A DNA stretch of 64,000 bases from Bacteroidota bacterium. GTDB lineage: Bacteria > Bacteroidota > Rhodothermia > Rhodothermales > UBA10348. Shown piece by piece: positions 11,096 to 19,420 of the stretch. Positions within the stretch are counted from its first letter, which is position 1. Each line of letters begins with the position of its first letter. Made by a program: the position numbers and the translations under genes. The notes beneath the pieces are model-generated. The model saw only the letters and a program-made list of their open reading frames with translations. It had not been told where the DNA came from and made no database searches. The stretch covers positions 1,907-65,906 of the forward strand of contig JAJCYQ010000011.1 in the NCBI GenBank assembly GCA_029262835.1. Reading direction: 5' to 3'.

Positions 11096-11843
11096 CCACG
11101 CGGTTGAAATGCGCTGGCTGCTCAATATTGCAGACGTGACCCGAGCGTTCCACCACCTCAAGTTCAGCAGACCGATCATTGGCGACAGCGCGGCGTGCGG
11201 GCGGCAGAAACAGGTAGTCGCGCGCCCCCATTACGTAAAGCGTCGGGGAGCGGTCTGTCGACGTCGACCAGGCGGCCAATTTCGAGTGGACCTCCCGCGT
11301 CAACCGCAACCATCGCCGAAATTCAGCGGGTCGAACAGAGCGCGCCTCCCGCCGGAACACCCTGCGCGCTTCATTGGCCTTCGGGCCAGGCATGATGATC
11401 CACGCAAACACGGCATACAGGGCGCGGAATGGGATGACGTATTTAAGCGAGTGCCCCGCCGCGATCAGCACGCGCGCAGGAGCGGTAAAACCCACTACAG
11501 CGCCGGCATATACGGCCGAACGCACGCGCTCCGGGTGACATTCCTGCAGGGTACGTATCAAGATCGTGCCGAGCGATACCCCTACGAAATGTGCCTCTAC
11601 TATTCCGTGGTGATCCATCACGTCCAGGATATCACTCGAAATACCCTCAAGGGAATAAGCGCTGCCGTTACCTCCATAGGCCGCCGATCGGCCGTGCCCC
11701 CGCAGGTCGACCATGAGGATATTGAACCACGGCCGAAAGGCCCTGATCTGTTTGAACCAGACCACCGAAGACCCACCGGCGCCATGTACGAAAACAACCC
11801 AGTCCTGGGCCTTCTCATTCCTGTATATTCGATGGAACAGCAT
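11073..11843 (-). CDS. alpha/beta hydrolase
   Basis: VFVHGAGGSS, nucleophile elbow GVSLGT, C-terminal SGHVCNIEQP. Confidence 0.8.
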   Translation of the reverse strand: MLFHRIYRNEKAQDWVVFVHGAGGSSVVWFKQIRAFRPWFNILMVDLRGHGRSAAYGGNGSAYSLEGISSDILDVMDHHGIVEAHFVGVSLGTILIRTLQECHPERVRSAVYAGAVVGFTAPARVLIAAGHSLKYVIPFRALYAVFAWIIMPGPKANEARRVFRREARSVRPAEFRRWLRLTREVHSKLAAWSTSTDRSPTLYVMGARDYLFLPPARRAVANDRSAELEVVERSGHVCNIEQPAHFNRVAIAFLRR

Positions 11844-11917
11844 GCGGGTCCCCTACGAATGAACGCACCGATTGTCCCCGCTTCTTGTTACCTTGATTCT
11901 GTTCAAACTCCAGGCGC

Positions 11918-12739
11918 ATGAAGGTGCAAATCTGGGGCACACGCGGCTCACTGCCCGCACCCGGCCCCCACACAGTACGCTACGGCGGCAACACATCCTG
12001 CATAACGATTTCGATCGACGACAGCACGACGCTCGTCCTCGACGCCGGCACCGGTCTCGCGGCCATGGGCCTTGAAGCCCCTCCGCCGCCCCATACCTAT
12101 TACCTGCTCCTCTCCCATCCCCATTGGGATCATATCCAGGGGCTCCCGCTGTTCGCTCCGCTCATGTGCCCGGGCAATCATATCGTTTTCCTGACCGAGC
12201 CGGCACCAGAGATTGGACAGCAGGCCATGTCACAGTTCGATGGTCTTCATTTCCCGCTCTGCCATGACGACATCGAAGCTGATGTCCGGCTGGATGCACG
12301 CCAGATCGGCGAGGTACTCTCTGGATGCGGGGTTTCCATTTCCTGGCAGCGTCTGAATCATACAGGCACATGTTTCGGCTATCGCGTCCAGGGGCCAACG
12401 CGGAGCCTGGTCTATATGACGGATAATGAACTCGATGAGGTGACGGGAGACGTCTCCTACGATACTTTGCTGGCGTTCTGCCGCGACGCCGATGTGCTCA
12501 TCCACGACTCCCAGTACATGGACGATGAGCGACCATTCCGAACGGGCTGGGGACACAGTTTCCTGTCCGATGTCTGCCGACTGGCACGTCGAGCGCAGGT
12601 CGGAGAGCTGATTCTCTTTCATCATGATTATCGGCGCAGCGACGCGGAGATCGATGCCATGAACGCGGCGGCCTGCGCAACTCTCGGCAACGACGTCGGC
12701 TGCGCTGCTGCATGTGAAGGCATGACATTTGAAATATGA
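11918..12739 (+). CDS. MBL-fold metallo-hydrolase
   Basis: HxHxDH motif (SHPHWDHIQG), GTRGS N-terminus, later HDSQY and FHHD metal ligands. Confidence 0.8.
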   Translation: MKVQIWGTRGSLPAPGPHTVRYGGNTSCITISIDDSTTLVLDAGTGLAAMGLEAPPPPHTYYLLLSHPHWDHIQGLPLFAPLMCPGNHIVFLTEPAPEIGQQAMSQFDGLHFPLCHDDIEADVRLDARQIGEVLSGCGVSISWQRLNHTGTCFGYRVQGPTRSLVYMTDNELDEVTGDVSYDTLLAFCRDADVLIHDSQYMDDERPFRTGWGHSFLSDVCRLARRAQVGELILFHHDYRRSDAEIDAMNAAACATLGNDVGCAAACEGMTFEI

Positions 12740-12821
12740 ATGAACCCACATTGGACGGCGCGAGAGGCGTAACAGGATCGCACGCATCGGGTCCAAGAGG
12801 CACAAACGACTTACAGAACAC

Positions 12822-13472
12822 GTGACTCATTCAGAACAACAGGCCTCGCCCGAAACTGGCACCAACACCCACGCTGACGCCACGCGACGGCGCCGATCGC
12901 GGCTGCGAAGCCTGGCCGAGGTGGCCGCAATCATCGGCATTTTCGCCTTTTTCCGCTTTACAGATACAGGAACGGTGGCGCAGGGCTGGTTGCAGCAGGG
13001 CATTCTGGCCACCGGACTCTTCCAGGCCGATGTAAACTGGGCGGAAGAAAATCGGCAACCTGCCAATTTTGACGTGGAACTGGTCACTCTGGACGGGGAG
13101 CCCGTGTCACTGTCTTCCTACAGGGGAAAGCCCATTTTCATGAATATATGGGCAACGTGGTGCCCTCCGTGTCTGGCTGAAATGCCCTACATCGAAGCGC
13201 TCTATCAGGAAGTAAAAGACGAGGACATCATATTTGTCATGATATCCACGGACGAAACGGCTGAAGAAGCCAGGGCGTACATGCAGCAGAAAGGATATAC
13301 ACTTCCAGTCTACCGACTGGCCGGCTCGCTCCCGGAGCCCTACACCAGTCGCGTGCTACCGACAACCTACGTGATCGGCGCAGACGGCACGCTTGGAACG
13401 GTCCACTCGGGGATGGCGAACTACAACAAGCCGGGCTTCAGGAAATACCTGCGGTCGCTGAAGGGCGAGTAG
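12822..13472 (+). CDS. membrane-anchored TlpA/ResA-family thiol:disulfide oxidoreductase
   Basis: One N-terminal TM helix, then a thioredoxin fold with WATWCPPC active site. GTG start as in the ORF track. Confidence 0.85.
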   Translation: MTHSEQQASPETGTNTHADATRRRRSRLRSLAEVAAIIGIFAFFRFTDTGTVAQGWLQQGILATGLFQADVNWAEENRQPANFDVELVTLDGEPVSLSSYRGKPIFMNIWATWCPPCLAEMPYIEALYQEVKDEDIIFVMISTDETAEEARAYMQQKGYTLPVYRLAGSLPEPYTSRVLPTTYVIGADGTLGTVHSGMANYNKPGFRKYLRSLKGE

Positions 13473-13493
13473 GCAGCGGCACGTTCGGCCGGA

Positions 13494-13859
13494 TCAACCC
13501 CTCAGGTAGGCATCCGAGCCGTCAAGCCAGTCCTGGCGCGGCGGGCTGAAGACATCAACATCGAGTGTGTCTTCGAGCGCTTCCGCCTTGTGCCATACGT
13601 TGGACGGAATATGCAGTACCTGGCCGGCATGAACGTCGACGACCTTCTCCCCATTCCTGCCAATGAAGAAGCGAAGCGCCCCCTCCAGGATGTACGTGAT
13701 CTGCTCGTTATCGTGCTGATGCTGCGGGACGATACTCCCCTTCTTGAGGTATACGTGGGCAAGCATCATGCGGTCTCCCGTCACGAGGCGGCGAGAAATG
13801 AGTGGTGACAGGTCCTCCTTGGGCATCTCATCCCATGTGAAAAGTGCAACGTCTGACAT
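13494..13859 (-). CDS. cupin-domain protein
   Basis: 121 aa from ATG 13859 (MSDVALFTWDE...). Cupin motifs GSIVPQHQHDNEQITYILEG and HIPSNVWH. Confidence 0.75.
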   Translation of the reverse strand: MSDVALFTWDEMPKEDLSPLISRRLVTGDRMMLAHVYLKKGSIVPQHQHDNEQITYILEGALRFFIGRNGEKVVDVHAGQVLHIPSNVWHKAEALEDTLDVDVFSPPRQDWLDGSDAYLRG

Positions 13860-13922
13860 GATGTTTACGTATTGGTTATGCTGTGGACAACAAAGCGTAC
13901 GTAGTATACGTTGAATACTGTC

Positions 13923-14726
13923 ATGAACGCACAGCCTGACATAGCCACCGGCTCCGTGCCACCCGGAAACCCCCCTCCCAAGCGGACATTCGTCAATGGG
14001 GCGTATGAACTTGGCTGGGTGCAATCCCGCGCGGAACTGCGAGCTGTGCAGGAACTTCGATACCACGTCTTCAACCTTGAGTTGAATGAAGGCCTGGATG
14101 CATCACACGAGACGGGCCGCGACAGTGACCAGTACGACGACGTGTTCCACCACCTCTACGTCCGGCACATACCGTCCGGTCGCGTTGTAGGCACCTACCG
14201 CATGCAGACGGCCCACATGGCCCGCAGCAACAAAGGATGGTATTCGGCGAATGAATTTGATTTTTCTGGCGTTCCAGCGTCCGTCCTGGAAGCCAGCGTA
14301 GAAACAGGACGCGCCTGTATTGTGCAGGAGCACCGGAGTCTGAAGGTGCTTTATCTGCTCTGGAAGGGCATCGGATTCTATATGCAGGCCACGGGGTCAC
14401 GGTTTTTGTTCGGGTGCTGCTCACTCACGAGCCAGGATCCCCTCGAGGGAAGCGCTACACTGGCCTACCTCAGGCAGCACGGGCATATGCATGCTGATCT
14501 GTGTATCCCGCCGCAGCCCGCGTACGGTTGCTGTCATGAAATTCCTGAGGGATCCGGTGTCGCGCCCATTCGTCCTCCCCGCCTCATGCGCGCGTACCTT
14601 AGTTTTGGAGCCCGGATCTGTGGCCCCCCGGCCATGGACAGGGAATTCAAGACAATAGATTTCCTTGCCCTCTTCGACGTGAAGAGTCTGCAGGAGTCCG
14701 ATCTGGCGTTCTATACCATTTCATGA
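13923..14726 (+). CDS. olsB: GNAT-family N-acyl amino acid (lyso-aminolipid) synthase, OlsB/GlsB-like
   Basis: ~267 aa. [20 protein letters not shown]..., GTYRMQT, SANEFDF, ETGRACI, and [29 protein letters not shown] matches the hemolysin-like/OlsB family C-terminus. The amino-acid head group cannot be read from the sequence. Confidence 0.8.
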   Translation: [267 protein letters not shown]

Positions 14727-15493
14727 TCAAGCACGTGCGGGCGGGCGGGCGGCTCGTTGCCATTATCCTTGTCACGCTGTTCCTCACCTTTCTGTGGTGG
14801 GTGCTCGGGCCGTTCAAGAATCGGACCGTCCGGGGACGCGTCGCATGGCGGCATACCATTACTGGAGGCTGGGCTCGCGGACTACTACGCATCATGGGCT
14901 GTCGTCTGCACGTCAGCGGCTACCCACCAGACCCGCCCTTTTGCCTGGTCGCCAATCACCTGGGCTATCTTGACATCCTTGTGGTCATCGCCACCACCAG
15001 GGCTCGCCTCGTTTCCCGCGCTGACCTCGCCCACTGGCCAGGCATCGGGTGGCTCGCGCGTACATTCGGTACCATATTCATTGAGCGCTCCCGGATCAGG
15101 GACATTCCCCGTGTGGCCCAGGATATGCGCCGTGTATTGGCCGATGGGGACGGTATCGTATTCTTCCCGGAAGGCACTTCCTCATCGGGCGCAGGCGTTC
15201 TGCCGTTCAAGGCGCCGCTCATGTCCGTACCTGCTGAACTGGGCCTACCCGTCCACACCGCGGCCATATCGTACGACCTCCCGGGGGGCGATGCCACGAC
15301 GGAGCTCTGCTGGTGGGGCGACATGACCTTTGGAGACCATTTCTGGCGCGTGCTAACGTTTTCCCGATTCAATGCACGTATCCACTACGGGAGCGCACCC
15401 ATTGAGCCAGCCGACCGTAAAACGTTGACAGCTGCCGCTTTCGAGTCCGTAGAAGAGTTATATTTGCAGGTACCCACAACGCAAGCCAGATGA
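14723..15493 (+). CDS. olsA: lysophospholipid acyltransferase family protein, OlsA/GlsA-like O-acyltransferase
   Basis: HX4D motif NHLGYLD, FFPEGTSS, N-terminal TM helix. ATGA overlap with the olsB-like gene. Confidence 0.8.
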   Translation: MIKHVRAGGRLVAIILVTLFLTFLWWVLGPFKNRTVRGRVAWRHTITGGWARGLLRIMGCRLHVSGYPPDPPFCLVANHLGYLDILVVIATTRARLVSRADLAHWPGIGWLARTFGTIFIERSRIRDIPRVAQDMRRVLADGDGIVFFPEGTSSSGAGVLPFKAPLMSVPAELGLPVHTAAISYDLPGGDATTELCWWGDMTFGDHFWRVLTFSRFNARIHYGSAPIEPADRKTLTAAAFESVEELYLQVPTTQAR

Positions 15494-16005
15494 AGCGCAC
15501 AGACACACTCGCCGCCCTCAACCAGGTCCACCTCAGGCAGGGTATTTACCTGCTTGCCTCGCTTACTGACGCCCAGTACACGGCTACGCACGCCACGCTC
15601 TACCCATCCGGCGTCGGCGAGCACATGCGCCACATTATTGAGCACTACCAGCTGTTTCTTGGGGGCTTCACCAGTGGGCTCGTCGACTATGACGCCAGGA
15701 AACGGGACACCCGTATATCCGAGAGCCGCCTCATTGCAATCGACGTCATGGAACGTATTGTTGATGACCTCGATGCCATGGGCGCATCCGATGGAGCGCT
15801 CGAAATCAAGATGGCGGCATCGCACACCCCGGACAACGACTCGCCACTGTCAGATTCGACCATCAAGCGGGAGTTGCAGTATCTCCAGGCGCACACTATC
15901 CACCATTACGCCCTGATTGCCCTCATTCTCCGCATCCAGGGTGTCGAGCCCACACCTGATTTCGGCGTCGCTCCGTCCACACTGCAGCATCGCCTGGAAC
16001 GTTGA
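15490..16005 (+). CDS. DinB-family (DinB_2-like) four-helix-bundle protein
   Basis: 171 aa with spaced His residues (GEHMRHIIEHY ... LQAHTIHHYALI) as in DinB metal sites. ATGA overlap upstream and TTGA overlap downstream. Confidence 0.6.
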   Translation: MKRTDTLAALNQVHLRQGIYLLASLTDAQYTATHATLYPSGVGEHMRHIIEHYQLFLGGFTSGLVDYDARKRDTRISESRLIAIDVMERIVDDLDAMGASDGALEIKMAASHTPDNDSPLSDSTIKRELQYLQAHTIHHYALIALILRIQGVEPTPDFGVAPSTLQHRLER

Positions 16006-18671
16006 CGAAACAGGTGGCATCCACGGGTCGCCTGCGGCGACTCTCGGGACGAATTTTACTTGTCTGGCTTGTTCTGCTCGCCGCTTCGCACCTGACGCGT
16101 TACGTTCAGGACGACCCCGGTCCGCTTGAGGATCAGCACGTTCGCATGGTCGCGTCGGGCGCGGACGCCGACCCTGTCCGTATGGCCTATCTCGACTCGG
16201 CACCCCGAGACGCGGCGACCCACATGGCCTCCGACGGCCAACGTCCGGTCATTTTCATTCTTCATGGCAGCCCCGTCGCTTCGCGATCCATGCGCGCACT
16301 GCACAGGCATCTCGCTGAAGATGGTCGTTTCCGGGTAATCACGCCCGACTTGCCGGGTTTCGGTGGGTCCACACTGCGCATTGAGGACTATTCCATCCGC
16401 GCGCATGCCCGCTACACACTGGCGCTCCAGGATACGCTGGGGATTGACCGGGTGCATTTTGTAGGATACAGCATGGGCGGAGGCGTTGCCATCGAAGCGG
16501 CGCACGAGGCGCCCATCAGGGTGGCCTCTGTTCAGCTCCTGTCTGCAATCGGGGTGCAGGAGCTCGAGTTGATGGGCGAATATCACCTGAACCGGGCCGT
16601 CCACGGCCTGCAACTCGCTGCCATCTGGGCTGTCTCTGAGCTTGTGCCACACTTCGGGTGGTTTGACAATGCCATTCTTGGCGTGTCGTACGCCCGAAAC
16701 TTTTACGATACCGACCAGCGGCCGCTGCGCTCGCACCTCGCGGCCTGGGCAGGTCCCATGCAGATCATCCACGGCACCGACGATCCGCTCGTGCCCTATG
16801 AAGCCGCGCTCGAGCATCACCGGATAGTGCCACAGAGTGAACTGGTGAGCCTGACGTCGCACGGCCATGGCCTGCCATTCCAGGAAGCCGAGATGACGGC
16901 ACGGCACATTGCCGACTTTGTTGCGCGGGTCGAGCGCCGTGAGGCGCCGACCCGCGCCGCAGCCTCGCCAGAGCGGAAGCGCGCTGCCGAGCGCCCATTC
17001 GATGCCGCGAACGTCCCCCCTTCGTCCGGCTTTGCGCTCTTCATTCTCGTCGTTCTCATCATTTTCGTCTCCTTCGTGAGCGAAGACCTCTCGGCCATCG
17101 GGGCAGGCCTTCTGGCTGCCCGGGGTACCATGCCCTTCGAGCTGGCGCTACTTGCGGCTTTTCTCGGTATCGTGATCGGCGACGTGGGGCTGTATGCGGC
17201 GGGCCGCCTGTTCGGGCGTCGGCTGCTCGCCATTCCACCGTTCTCCTGGATGCTGAGCGACGCCCAACTGGACCGCGGCGCGAGCTGGTTCCGCGAGAAA
17301 GGTCCGCACGTCATCCTGGCCAGCCGATTCGTACCGGGTACCCGGCTACCCACCTACGTAGCTGCGGGACTACTTCGGACGCCCTTCTGGATATTCCTGG
17401 GGTACTTCATGGCAGCAGCCATCGTCTGGACGCCTCTCATCACGGGGCTCTCTTCATGGGCCGGGACGGAAATCCTCGATTTCTACGCGGCCTACGAAGC
17501 GTACGCTCTCTGGGTGCTTCTCATACTGGTCGCCGCGCTCTACCTCACGATCCACATCGGCATCCCGCTCACGACGCACAACGGCCGGCGACGACTCATC
17601 TCCCGCTGGCGCCGGCTCTCGCGTTGGGAATTCTGGCCGGCCCCTGTTTTCTATGCTCCCGTTGCCCTCTGGATACTCCTTCTCGCCGTGCGGCACCGAT
17701 CTCTCACGCTGTTCACGGCAGCCAATCCGGCCATGTTCACCGGCGGATTCCTTGGCGAACGCAAACAGGACATCCTTGAGCTGTTACGGCACAGCGATGA
17801 GTTTGTGGCCACCTGGCGCCTGATTCCCGCCGCCGCTGACAACCGTACCGAACGCGTCACAGCATTCATGAAACAGCACGACCTGACCTGGCCCATCGTG
17901 CTGAAACCCGATGTCGGCGAGCGGGGACAGGGCGTCTGGATTGCCCACTCAAAGGCCGATGTCGATACCTACTTCAGTTGCCACGAGGGCGATATCATTG
18001 CGCAGGAGTACGTCGAAGGCCTGGAACTCGGCGTTTTCCATGTACGCGAACCCGGCCAGCCATCGGGCCGAATATTCTCCGTCACCGAGAAACGCCCGGT
18101 CTGGCTCGTCGCCGATGGACGGCGCACCCTCGAACGGCTCATTCTCGACGACGAGCGCGCGGTCAGCATGGCACCCCTTTTCATGCAGCGCTTCTCCTCC
18201 GATCTCGGACATGTTTTTGACGAGGGCACGCGCATACCACTCGCCGAAGTCGGCACGCACTGCCGCGGCGCCCTCTTTCTCGACGGCCGTCCGCATATGA
18301 GTGCCGCCTTCTCGGAAACGATTGAACGGATATCCCGTCAGACAGACGGTTTCTTTTTCGGTCGATACGATATCCGGGTGCCGGACCCAGATCGTCTCGC
18401 CCACGGAGATGGATTCAAGATCCTCGAACTGAACGGCGTGTCCTCGGAAGCAACGCACATATACGACCCCGCTACCTCCCTCTTCAGGGCCTGGTACACG
18501 CTCCTCGTCCAGTGGACGTTGGCGTTCCGGATTGGCCGCGCCAACCGCGCACGCGGCCTGCAACCCGACCCTCTCCGCGTGCTCGTCAGCGAACTCCGAC
18601 GCGCCCGTCTCCGGGACAGCGCCCGCACCAACTCGGCCGCCCGGACCTCATCCAACACTCCGGCGCCATGA
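16002..18671 (+). CDS. tri-domain membrane protein: alpha/beta hydrolase + DedA/VTT domain + ATP-grasp ligase
   Basis: 889 aa. N-terminal TM. Hydrolase region: ILHGSP, GYSMGG, HGHG. DedA region: FVSEDLSAIGAGLLA, ASRFVPGTRLPTYVAAGLL. Extra TM helices follow. ATP-grasp region: IVLKPDVGERGQGV, IAQEYVEG, GRYDIRV, ILELNGVSSEATHIYDP. Confidence 0.75.
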   Translation: MTKQVASTGRLRRLSGRILLVWLVLLAASHLTRYVQDDPGPLEDQHVRMVASGADADPVRMAYLDSAPRDAATHMASDGQRPVIFILHGSPVASRSMRALHRHLAEDGRFRVITPDLPGFGGSTLRIEDYSIRAHARYTLALQDTLGIDRVHFVGYSMGGGVAIEAAHEAPIRVASVQLLSAIGVQELELMGEYHLNRAVHGLQLAAIWAVSELVPHFGWFDNAILGVSYARNFYDTDQRPLRSHLAAWAGPMQIIHGTDDPLVPYEAALEHHRIVPQSELVSLTSHGHGLPFQEAEMTARHIADFVARVERREAPTRAAASPERKRAAERPFDAANVPPSSGFALFILVVLIIFVSFVSEDLSAIGAGLLAARGTMPFELALLAAFLGIVIGDVGLYAAGRLFGRRLLAIPPFSWMLSDAQLDRGASWFREKGPHVILASRFVPGTRLPTYVAAGLLRTPFWIFLGYFMAAAIVWTPLITGLSSWAGTEILDFYAAYEAYALWVLLILVAALYLTIHIGIPLTTHNGRRRLISRWRRLSRWEFWPAPVFYAPVALWILLLAVRHRSLTLFTAANPAMFTGGFLGERKQDILELLRHSDEFVATWRLIPAAADNRTERVTAFMKQHDLTWPIVLKPDVGERGQGVWIAHSKADVDTYFSCHEGDIIAQEYVEGLELGVFHVREPGQPSGRIFSVTEKRPVWLVADGRRTLERLILDDERAVSMAPLFMQRFSSDLGHVFDEGTRIPLAEVGTHCRGALFLDGRPHMSAAFSETIERISRQTDGFFFGRYDIRVPDPDRLAHGDGFKILELNGVSSEATHIYDPATSLFRAWYTLLVQWTLAFRIGRANRARGLQPDPLRVLVSELRRARLRDSARTNSAARTSSNTPAP

Positions 18672-19420
18672 TCACGCCGCTCGCCCGTCTCGTATCGTCC
18701 CTTGGCAACTACGTACTGTTCATGGGCAAAGCCGTCTCGTCGGCCCGCTCCGCGGTTCACCTGCGTCATGAAGTCCTCCGCCAGGCCGTCCGGCTCGGTT
18801 ATGAAGCCCTTCCCGTCGTCATGCTCGCCAGCGCATTCGCCGGAGTCGTGACGACGCTGCAGACTGCCTACCAACTCCAGAACACGGTCCTCACGGAAGA
18901 TGCCATCGGCGCAATCGTCGTCCCCACGCTGCTGCTTGAACTCTGCGCACTCGTGCCCGGCCTTGTCATGGCCTCGCGCGTCGGCGCCAGCGTCGCCGCC
19001 GAAATCGGAACCATGCAGGTGTCCGAACAGATCGATGCCCTCGAAGCCATGGGACTCAACAGCATCAGCCACCTCGTACTGCCGCGCGTCATGGCAGGCC
19101 TTCTGATGTTTCCCGCCATGTATGTTGCCTCCGCACTCGTCGCCGTACTCGCCGGTGGGTTTGCGGGCGAGTACATGGGTTTTCTGTCGATGGATGCATT
19201 CGTTCGCGGCGCACGAACCTACTTTGCGCCCTTTGACGCGGCGTACGGCATGACCAAGTCGCTTGCTTTCGGATACATCATCACATCGATCGCCTGCTGG
19301 AAGGGCTTCAACACGCGTGGAGGCGCCCAGGGCGTGGGTGATTCCACGACGCAGGCTGTCGTCGTAAGTTGTGTCAACATCCTGATCGCAGACTTCATAG
19401 TCGCCGAACTCCTACTCTGA
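18668..19420 (+). CDS. mlaE: MlaE-family ABC transporter permease (lipid transport)
   Basis: 250 aa from ATG 18668 (ATGA overlap with the previous stop). EIGTMQVSEQIDALEAMG and LVLPRVMAG are MlaE/YrbE signatures. No MlaF or MlaD gene is adjacent. Confidence 0.85.
   Translation: MITPLARLVSSLGNYVLFMGKAVSSARSAVHLRHEVLRQAVRLGYEALPVVMLASAFAGVVTTLQTAYQLQNTVLTEDAIGAIVVPTLLLELCALVPGLVMASRVGASVAAEIGTMQVSEQIDALEAMGLNSISHLVLPRVMAGLLMFPAMYVASALVAVLAGGFAGEYMGFLSMDAFVRGARTYFAPFDAAYGMTKSLAFGYIITSIACWKGFNTRGGAQGVGDSTTQAVVVSCVNILIADFIVAELLL

Noticed and set aside
12592-12607. TGGCACGTCGAGCGCA (and a similar TGGCACGAGGCGCGCA near 9047) with GG-N10-GC spacing
   Set aside because: Both lie inside coding sequence, lack the TTGC of the -12 box, and such partial matches are expected by chance in GC-rich DNA.
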